Shown: positions 53,563 through 64,000 of the stretch, piece by piece | Layout of the letters: each line of letters begins with the position of its first letter | Position numbering within the stretch: the stretch's first letter is position 1 | Origin: Nageia nagi | Lineage: Eukaryota > Plantae > Pinophyta | NCBI GenBank assembly: GCA_050084985.1 | Contig: JBITNC010000001.1 | Span: 122,760,001 to 122,824,000 of the forward strand | DNA: 64,000 nt | Direction: 5' to 3' | Program-made: the position numbers and the translations under genes | Notes under the pieces: generated by a model | Seen by the model: only the letters and a program-made list of their open reading frames with translations | The model's database searches: none | What the model was told of the DNA's origin: nothing

Positions 53563-55919
53563 AAGACTGATTTTAGATTTTTTTAATTGATTTGTAAAAT
53601 AATAAGTAAATGTTTCCCTAGAAGAAGAAGGTACCATATTATCATCTATAGAAGTGGGGTTAGGTAAATCTTTCTTTGTTGCTTCTTATAGCCACATTGC
53701 ATTCTTCTTCTTCTTCTAGTTCATTTGATCTACTCAAGTCATCATCATGAATTATTATATTAACAATATTCATCAATTGATGGATATCCTTTTTGATAGT
53801 TTCTTTTACCAATACACCATTATCATATTTCATCTTTCCCTTATCAAGGATATACTTTAACGTTTTATTCAAATCAAAGAAAATTTTAGTATAACCACCC
53901 TTAATTGGTGTTGTCCACAATGGGCATTATTTTTATACCATCTTAGCTTATCCTCATATTCCTTGAATTTTCTTCCTTGGACCCTTTTTTATAAGACCTT
54001 TCTCAAGACAATCTTTTTGATCTTTATTATTAGATGAATGGGAATTTGAATGAATTCTAACTTTCTTTTATTTAGTCTTTTGGCTCTTTCTTGGTAGCTA
54101 CTTCAATAACATTAACCTTATAGTCTTCCTTTTGGCATATTCAATCTTTTATGTTTTACTTTATTTTTGTTGTAGTTGTATATTTCAGTTGACCCACTAG
54201 GACCATGTAATATTATTTTTTCATCAACTTGTAAGAAATATATATATAAGGATCATATATATAATCGAGTGCAACAAATTGTAATGAAATCATAATTTTT
54301 TCTAAAATCCTTCAGGAATCATATTTTTAATAATTGAACATTCTAATTTTCAATATACTATTTAGAATATTACCAAAAGCTTCTCCAAGTGCTCACTATC
54401 TCCTTTCTTGCATTGTATCAAATCTACAATTCATAATGGTCTTTAGATATTATCCTTGCAACTATTAATATGATGTAATAAAACCAACCTCTATTGTGTG
54501 AAACTATTTTCTAGCTTCACCAATTAAGTTCATGGGAAAATACTTGGCCTTAAGAAGATCATCAATACCATAACTTAATTCCATAGATCATTCAAATCCC
54601 TCTAGGTGTGTACTAGATTTTTCTTCATCATTGGACTTTTTTTACTATGACTTTTTTTCAATAACAATAAGGATAACATTTCAAATTTCATCACATAATG
54701 GATTCCCTTTCTCTTCATTGGTAGGAATACTAATGAGAAGTCTTTGAGTGAGAACCATCATTTAGGATTCAATTCCTTGAATTGTTTACCATATATAATC
54801 ATATCCATGCTTTCATTGAGTGATAACATACCATTGTTCATATTTTTTTTTATGTTGGAACCAAGATCCATGTATATAATGCAAAAAAAAAAAAACAAAT
54901 AAGTATGATGGATTCACCAACATGTAGATGATTATAATTAACCCTACTATTGATTGATTTTACGTAATCAATAAACTTATAATATAAAATATTACTATTG
55001 AAATTAACTTTTGAATCATGAGAAAGGATTACAGATAGTATACAATACTCTAAGTATCTAAAATGTAAATTAAATAATAGTTATACATAGAATTCTGGAG
55101 TAAATTCATAACTTATGAGAAAGGGCTTATAATAAATACTTGTTATCTTACCTAGATGATCATTCATATGTTAGGATTAGACTTGTCACTAGGGTGAAAC
55201 CATAGAGAGAAAGACTCAATAGATGGATTGATCTACAAAGTTTCATGTATGTTTATGAAAATATGGATTCCATTGATAGCTTTGATGCTATAACTCCATA
55301 TGAATTATTATTCACAATCTAGATTTCAAATTGAAAAGATAATGTGATAATACTAATCTAGTATTAGATGGAAGATGAATAATAGAATCTTATCTATTTT
55401 ATTGTTTGAGTGTGACATAAGAGATAAGAATCTTATAGTCTCCTCATATGCCTTGCCTCCTTTTATATGTGAAAGAACCATAATAATGAATGCATATAGG
55501 AGAACATATATACTAGGTTCGCTGCATAGAAAAAAAGAAAAAAAAATATGATAAGAGCATATACATTGCATAAGATAAAAATAATATCAAATATAGAAAT
55601 AAAATAGATCATATTAAAATAAATAAGACCAAAACATTGAAATTATTTTGAGAATGTATATCTCATATTACACAATATAGATGATTATTTATAACAAAGC
55701 ATTAGTATATCATAAATTAATCACCAAAAGAAGAGGAATATATCAAGCCCATGAAAATGATGACAATGGTAATAACAATGATCAAATTTTGTAGAATGTG
55801 TTATAAATTTATTTTACACATACAACTTAGAAATGGTTCTACAATGAATTAATTTCAACTACCTCAAATGTAATATGATACAATATTATCTAATATGCAG
55901 TATTTGTAACACTTAACAT

Positions 55920-58900
55920 TTTTTGATAATTTAGTTGATATATAGTATTTGAACTTTTGAAAAAAAATAAAAATTATAAGAAGATAATATATTTATTGAT
56001 TAATTTTTAGAATATTACATGTAGATAGGGGGATCATTTTTCTTGAAGTTCTTTACATATGTATGACTGGTACTTGCTAGAGAAACTTGATCTTTTTCTT
56101 GATCTATGATGATAGCATGGATACTGCCTCTAGCACGAGTGCTACCCACAACATTGACACTTTGTATCTAAGGTTTCTTAAAGGTTCTAATCAACTAAAG
56201 AGGTATCTTCATTTGAAACCTAATATGTCTTCATGATTTCTTATTCAACTTTGTCTTCTTGTACTTCATCTTGATCATCATAAATGATCTTGTTGACTAG
56301 TTGGTGGATTTCTTCATTTGGAATTAGTTCCTCTTACATTTGATCTTCATCTTCACTTTCAGTATCTTATGAAAGGAATGCATCATCTTTTGATTGTATT
56401 AGAATAATATGTTTGAAAGAATTAAACATATATCCAAGAGTACTTGTAGTAATATTAGTATCAATAAACTAATTATTGAAAATATTATGGATAATTTCTC
56501 TATGATAACAAAATTTCATGCATAAATCATATAGGCTAAGTTTATGAGAGAAAAAAATTTTGATTATGAAAGATTTTATCCTTATCTTTTTATGTATGGG
56601 CACAATCTTCAACAAGAGAAACCATGTTGAGCATATTGTTGTATCCTTCATTAGCGAACTACTCTATAGTTTTGTTATCATATTTCTCACTGGTAACATA
56701 ATTAACTTTTCCATTTTTTAAGAGCTTATGCAACTTCTTCTTCATTCAACACACCTACTAGTGGAATGGACCTTTACTTGATGATATAAATAATTATTGT
56801 TCTGCTTATACCAATGGGCTTCTTTTCCTCTTCACCATATTCTCTTCTCTTTTTAGGTTCTATCAATCACTTTACTAAATAATATTTGAATATCTATGTG
56901 AGATCTATAGGGATCTTGTAAAAAGGTTCCTTTTCTTATTTATTTGTGCTTGGTCAACCACATTTACTTGATTACTCTCATTCATTTTATAAGAATTTTT
57001 GTGATTATCCTTGCTAAAATATGTATACTTAAGTTGAACATATCTTAACAAAAAACTTTTTTTTCTCAATAAGAATGTAAACCATATCCATAAATGTACC
57101 TTTACTATAATCAAGACCTCTTTTAGCAAGAATAGGATTCATGTTGTCAAGAAATACCTTTGCGATGAATTTCTCATCTACCTTTTATTCTAGTGATGTT
57201 TAAATCTTCACATAACTTTTCAAAAAAACTTCCAAATTTTTGGATTGACTTTGCTTAAAATGAATCAAATTTATCAAATCAAGATGTTTTTGAATATTAC
57301 ATTGGAAGTGACTTTTGAACTAATCTTTCAAATGTTAGTATGAAATGATGGATCCTAATTCCATGTTATGGAACCACTTTTGTGCTTCAATGATTAGGCT
57401 CATAGGAAAATAATTCACTTTCAAGTTATTATTTACTCCACATAGAAGTTCCATAATATATTCAAAACCATGAATATGAGTTATAGGATCATTCTCATTG
57501 TTGAACTTTTCCATCTTAGGTTCCTTGTCTATACTGGTGAGTATAGAATTGCAAATTTTTATTCTTAAGGGATTTCATTTGTCTTAAGTAAGATTAGTAT
57601 TAGTGTCAAACTTATTATCTATTTGATAAATCTTTATTTCCATTAATTTGATCTTCTCAACTTCATAAGATCCAACAATTGATGTATTGTTCTCAACGTT
57701 GGCACTAACATTAGTGTTCATGCTATTGGTAGCATTCACGTTGTTGTTATCCCTAGTGAATGGTGCAAATACTTTTGTAATAAGAGCTAGAAATTTGGGC
57801 ACTATAATTATCTTGGCCATAATTTTGGTAGCAAAATTTACCATATCTATCAAACTTAAAGAAATGGATATCAAATACCTCCAAAACCCTAAGGTTTTTG
57901 GTTGATAAAAAATGATTTAGCAAAATATGACCTCCAAAAATTTATATAAATCTAATTTTAGGTTCTAAAACTAGCCTACTATGAATATCTAAAGTTTAGA
58001 TAAAATTCTAGGGCATAAACATACACAAAATCTTCCAAAATTAGGTTCAAAATTGGGGGTTTGATAAAAAAATAAAATTCTACAAAATAAACATACCTTA
58101 AAAAGTTCAAAAAATTAAAAGTAGTAGGGTTTTCTAATTTTGTAAAATAATTAATACAAATACAAAACAAATAAAACCTAAGGCATCATATGAAAAATTG
58201 CATGGAAAATATGATACCTTAAAAATGAAAAAAGAAAGTTAATTTTTTTCAAATATAAAAATTTTAAGTAGGTTCGAGCAACACTTTCCAACCCTAATTA
58301 TGATATGGATATGATATAAATGGTGAGTACCAATTTGTTGAAATATTTTTAGTAAGCCCTAATGTTAGACTAGGTATAAACTATAGTAAAATGCTCACAC
58401 TCAATTATGAAAAATAATCTAAAGTATAATAGCATGTAAAATGAATAAAGAAACACTTAGATTATTGGATCTAGATAAAATCAATGCACTAAAGAGAAAG
58501 GGATCAAGAGATAACTACATAAATGTGAATCCTTACCTTAGAGAAGTTGAATATATGTAGAAAAGAACTTGTTGAGAATATGTGACCTTGATTTGTGAAC
58601 TCCATGAAGAACAACAAAAAGAAGGGAAGCATAGGATGGTATGATAGATAAAATGCTAGGGTTTAAGATAAGTAGAGTTTTCCACCAAGGATCAAAACAT
58701 AATAGAATATTAATAAACCAAGACAAACATATAATTATGAAAGATGGAATAACATATATGCTCGAGTGATAACAAGATCCCAATCTCAATAGGTCATGTT
58801 TTGAAATCCCTAAAAGTAAATATTGGCTATCGAGATGAAATTTTAATTCTTTCCCATGTAATCACACATATCATTAAATATGAAAGAGTACCTCCACATA

Positions 58901-59091
58901 GAGGCCAGTGCAGATGTTAGGATACCTTGCATAAATAAATAAAATATTACATGAGAAGTGTCTTAAATGGGCCAATATCATGTATATAGTATAATATGGT
59001 ATTAAATAATAAAATACTTAATGACATAATATAAACATAATAAAACACATAAGTTGTATCACCTTAGGTGGACCAAAATTATGTGTGAACA
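55920..59091 (-). mobile_element. Tat-type gypsy relic: 5' LTR 58336-59091 plus gag
   Basis: LTR shares blocks with 44485-45300 (atgcactaaagagaaagg, gtgaccttgat.tgtgaac, tctcaatag, ...gtgtgaaca). PBS at 58322-58332 (minus TGGTACTCACC, Lys-CUU relic). gag PKMEKFNNENDPITHIHGF...KWFHNMELGSI at ~57345-57520. Confidence 0.8.
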
Positions 59092-60099
59092 AATAACATG
59101 CTAATATTGTTGAGGATTCGTTACTATAGTTACTTCAAAATATAATATTCCTTAACACAAATAGAATACAATGGTATCAATTAGATCAAGGTCAGGGCTT
59201 CTTGGCCATATTGGATATTTAGATGAAGTAAAAGACTTCATAAATGACTTCTAAATAAGTCAATTGTTATAGTATTGAGTGATTTCTTTTGTACCTTGAT
59301 CATTTTATAGGTAGTGGTGATGGATTCATCCACCTTAGGATTCTTTTCTTCCTTGCCTTTTCTCATATTTATAGGATTTTCTACCAATGCATAAATGATT
59401 ACACCCATAAAACTAAACAATACATGTATGGTTGAACTTCTTGATCGTGTTGGCCATTTGAAGTAAAAAATTACATAAATAACACTAAAATACAACACTA
59501 AAAAATGTTTGCTTAGTACCTTCTCTAGTTTGTAGGTAATGGTGATGGTTACTTTCATGACTTATTGCTTGGTGGAGTCCATCACATTTTTCTATCATAA
59601 GTGGGACTTCTCAAGAAAATATTTTGCTAAAATTTTGGTTAGGTGCCAAAACTTTGAAATGTGTGTGGTCATCCAAACTTTTTCTATTTTTAAATATGGT
59701 TCAATTTTATGGCACATTATAACTATCATTTTATGACATATTAGGATGGTTTATTACCAACCTAAAAAATTGCCTTATATACTCATGTAAAATGGTGGTT
59801 TTAAATCATCCACTAAAATTACCATTTATTGTTATATATAATGATGGTTATAAATTATCATCAAATAAACATTGTTAATCATTTTTTGTTAAAAGATAAA
59901 TTTGGTGTAATGTATGGATTGAACATACCAATGATGATGGGGTTCAAAGAAGAGTACAATATGAAAAGGAACCATTCAAGACTATAATGTTATGTACTTT
60001 GTAACTATATAAGGTTATTAAGAAAGGAAACTTGATATATATAGTAAAAGTGAATGATGCTAGTGAGGAATATCTAGAAAAAGAAATAATAAGAAGACA

Positions 60100-60538
60100 T
60101 GTTATGCTTCAAAAATACAATTATGTATTTTTAAAGAAGAAACAACAAAATCCTCCTTGAAGATAACTTGACTTTTTAATTAGATTGGTTCCTTGAGTTG
60201 AACCCATGACAAGGACCCTTTTTAGATGATAAAAATTGAAATGAAAGAGTTAAAATTATAATTAGAGAGTTATTAGATAAATAACATATTAAATTTACAA
60301 CTTCACCTTAGAGTACATTGGTATTATTTTTCATGAAAAAGGATTGGTAAATTTGATTATGCATTGATTTTATGATATTAAATAAAGTAATGGTAAAGAT
60401 AAAATATGCGCTTCCAACAATTGATGATCTATTTAATCAGTTAAAAGTGTAAACATCTTATTATAATTTTATTTAAGTTCAATTTATCATAAACAAAGGA
60501 TCATGGAACCTAACACTTAGAAAATAACCTTTAATATT
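60100..60538 (+). pseudogene. Chromovirus (Tekay-like) gypsy RT N-terminal fragment, cut by the Copia LTR
   Basis: LDFLIRLVP*VEP..., ELLDK, LCIDFMILNKVMVKIKYALPTIDDLFNQLK. Possible upstream PBS TGGTATCA at 59172. Confidence 0.8.
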
Positions 60539-63500
60539 TAAGTAAGTGAACCTTAAAGAACACAATCCTAATCTACCAAGATCACTTAAAAGCTCACTCA
60601 AACATCAACACTCTAAGCATAACAAACTCACAAATTGAGACAAGTCATAAAGTGGTTCTTCCAACTAGGATTACATCCACTATCTAAGATCTTTCTTCAT
60701 TCACAAAGACAACTCTATTACAAGGCTTCATTCTACATCTCCTAATCACTAATACTAAAGCAACTTTACTTCACAATTTTTGTAAATGATCCCAAGAGAG
60801 GACCTTTTATTTATAGTCTAAAATCCCTCCTTGGATCACCCTTTTAACCATTATACAAAGGCATGACATGCATCACCCTTTTACCCAAGGGCATGCTAAT
60901 GATATGGAGTGTAGGATAAGTTACATTATCATATTCACTTAAATATTTAAGGTATCTAGGGATATCATTAAGTATTAGTGAATTTACAAAGAGGAACATT
61001 ACAAAACCTTACAATAATGCATTATACATTCCAAAAATCCTCCTTAATGGAATATTGGTATAGAATGAAGAAGAGAGAAGAAAAAGAGAGTAAAAGAGTT
61101 CTCCATATAGATATACTAAAAGATGATAACTTTTTACATCTTTTTGAAGTAAGCAATATCTTAGTTTGAGACTCACTACTTTACCATTTTAACAAATGGT
61201 TTACAATACAATCATTAACCATAGCTAGTTTCATTATATGTAAAGTAGTTATCTAACTAGAAGTTGACATGATGATCCTTCATCATCTTGCACACCAAAA
61301 ATAAGTAACCTACATCTTAAAAAAAACCTACAAGTTACAAGCCACTCCAAAAGCAAGATCAATTAGATGCAACATGTACACATTCATATCAATAAGGATA
61401 AATGAATCAAATAATGCCATGAAAAACTAATCAATGGTGTACTATAAGTCTTCATGAAAATACCAATCCTATACTCATATTCACCTAATGTATACCAAAT
61501 ATGTGTTGATTATCATTACAAAATAGAGCATAACAAAATGCACATATGAGTTCTTCATACATGTATAACTGAATATTGCCAAAAGACACATACACATTCC
61601 TCACACATTGATAATTGAATAGTGATAGGATGTCTAATCATTTACTCAAAAATTGTACAACATGTTTTTCATGCAAACAAAATATACCATAAAGATGTGA
61701 AACAAAATCAACACTATACAACAAAAAATCCTACTTGGAGTGAAGTTGTCATCACAAACATGAATTCAACATAAGAATTCAAAATTCACTCCCAATTGAG
61801 GAAAAATTTACCAACTTGATAGCATCCCTAAGATTACTAAACTAAGCTTCAAGAAGAGGCTTAAAGAACAAATCAGTAGAGTTCAAGGTAGATGGAAAAT
61901 ATTCCAAGTGAATGATGCCATCACGAACCTTTTCCTTGAAGAAATAGGCTTGGATTTCCACATGTTTTGTTCTTAGATGGAACATAGGATTCTTATCCAA
62001 ATAAATAGCTGAATGATTATCTAAATAAATCAAATATGGGCTAGAATACTCATTCTCAATTTCTTTCAGAAGATGCTTAAGCCAAATAACTTCTTGGACT
62101 ACAATAGGCATGGCTTGATATTCAACTTTTGTGATGGAAAGAGAAATAATAACCTTCTTCTTGGAATCCCAAGATATATCATCTTAACCAATGCTAAACA
62201 CATACGAAAAGGTTTATTTACTTTCATCTCTATCTCCCCCATAATCAAAATCTAAGATCCTTGAGAGAACAAATAAGGACAAATTGGAATACTTGAGAGC
62301 AAGATCCTTTATCTCTACAACATACCTCAAGATTTTCTTAACAACATTGAGGTGCTCAAAATATAGTTTCTACATGAATCATGCCATCAAATTCACTGCA
62401 AAACTAATATCTAGCCTAAAAATAGTTAAATAAAGAATATTGCTAATCAATTACTTGTAAGCTGTAGCATCTACCAATTAAGAGTTGGAGCTAAGAGACG
62501 TAGTGATTCCAGGAGAGAATGGGATTGTAGTATTTTTGCACTCTATCATCCCAAAAATTTGTAATATGTCTAATATATACTTTGATTGAATAATATAATT
62601 ACAATCCTTGTATTAATATACTTGCATTCTAAGGTAGTAGTGCAAGAGACCAAGATCATTCATTTCAAACATTGCCTTAAGTTTGGATGTGCATTCTTGA
62701 ATGATTTCATCATTGGTTCTAGTTATTACAATATCATCAACATAAAGGAGAATAAATACTATGTATTTTCCTTGATTGAGCATATATATATCAAAGTTAG
62801 ATAAGCATTTGGAGATTTCAATATCTATAAAGTATCCTAAAATCTTCTTGTACCAAGCTCTAGGTTCTTGTTTAAGTCCATACAAATACTTCTTTATCTT
62901 GCACATAAGTGACTCTTTTCCTTCCATAATAAACCCTTATGGTTGATTCATGAATATTTTCACATATAAGTCACCATTGAGAAATGTATTCTTGATGTCA
63001 AGTTGAAAAACTTTCCATCCTTGAGCTTCTGAAAGAGCAAGGATTATTCTAATAATAGGCATATTTTCCATAGGAGCAAAGATTTTTTCATAATCAAATT
63101 TGTATTTTTGAGCAAAAACTTTGGCCACTAACCTTGCCTTGTATTTCATAATATTCCTAAGTGAATTGAACTTGACTTTATAGATCCACTTAACACTAAT
63201 TACATTGTTCTTATTGGGATAAGGAACCAAGTTCAAAGTTTATTTTTTATAAGTGCTTCATACTCCACTTTCATGTATTTCATCTAGCACTCATGCTTTG
63301 AAGCTTATTTGAATGATGAGGGCTCATTCTTGTTATCAATTTTGGCAAATAAGAATTTGTTCAAGGTAATACTCCTTGTTATCCTTTGATTTGGATACTT
63401 TTTCTCTTGAGAAGACTTATCTACATCGATATACAACTAGTTATATGCAATTGAAGAGTAATTTGGATTAACAACATTCTCATTAAAAGTATATTCCTAA

Positions 63501-64000
63501 GAAAGTTCATTGAACTTTACTACCTTGATATGAAAACTACTCTATAGGATAGAGATTAGAGCCTATAGCCTCTATGCTGACTACCATAACCCAAAAAGAT
63601 GCATTTTTTAGCTCTTTTATCTAATGTTTTCCTTATTTGAAAAATAATATAGGAGAATGGTTCACAACCAAACACCCTAAGGTGAGAAATGTTAGGTTTT
63701 ATTATTTTCCAAGCCTCAAAAGGAATTTTTCTAATAACAGCTTTTGTGGGACACCTATTCAAGGTGTAAATTGTAGGAATCATAACTTCACCCATAAGAA
63801 ACTAAGAATATTTTCTAACAAGCATCTAGCCATATTTATAATTATATTATCTTTCCTTTTATCAACACCATTTTGCGGAGTGTAAGGAATCATAAACTAC
63901 CTCTTGATTTTATACTTAGCATAATAGACATTAAACTCATTGCTATTATATTCTCCCTTATTATGTAGTCTTAACATCTTAATTTTAAGGTTAGTATGAT
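60539..64000 (-). mobile_element. Ty1/Copia element, 3' part (INT-RT-RH, ~800-bp 3' UTR, 3' LTR 60539-61036)
   Basis: PYTPQNG at ~63870-63890, LRVFGC, KYKARLVAK, QLDIKNTFLNGDL, LYVDDIV, YLDNHSAI...RTKHVEI. PPT TTAAGGAGGAT at 61037-61047. Confidence 0.95.

Larger units (their letters stand above)
46400..55917 (-). mobile_element. Older Ogre/Tat-like relic interrupted by the Copia at 46784-53562
   Basis: Protease-region relic at 46500-46730 homologous to 38123-38548 (VDPNIPMIDFAGMV...IQFEDKEL...FYIHVNING). gag-end ORF 53660-53920 (VNII...CNVAIRS). PBS at 54908-54919 (minus TGGTGAATCCAT, resembling tRNA-Arg TGGCGACTCCAC) next to an LTR end at 54923. Far LTR boundary is a guess. Confidence 0.55.

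Overview
Very AT-rich, CpG/CHG-depleted eukaryotic DNA, most likely intergenic heterochromatin of a seed plant (gymnosperm-like, inferred from TE types and a plant tRNA-Lys relic). I can support no intact host gene. The window is a nest of decayed transposons. (1) A gag-only Copia-type LTR element whose 5' LTR is split by a 12.35-kb DNA transposon (130-12477). That transposon has ~25-bp TIRs, a 4-bp TSD and a Sola2-like transposase. It also carries a non-canonical telomere-like array, a tRNA-Lys(UUU) pseudogene, a convergent multi-exon second gene relic and a later solo LTR. (2) An intron-containing hAT relic. (3) Two RT-less gypsy-derived LTR elements. (4) Three Tat/Ogre-type gypsy relics, one near-complete with G-patch and extra RNase H. 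(5) A non-coding LARD-like element whose coding Copia relative lies at the right end of the window. (6) A full-length decayed Copia with a CpG-retaining leader. (7) A chromovirus RT fragment. The most novel candidate is the large cargo-carrying Sola2-like element. All calls are from manual reading; no searches were run and fuzzy boundaries are approximate.
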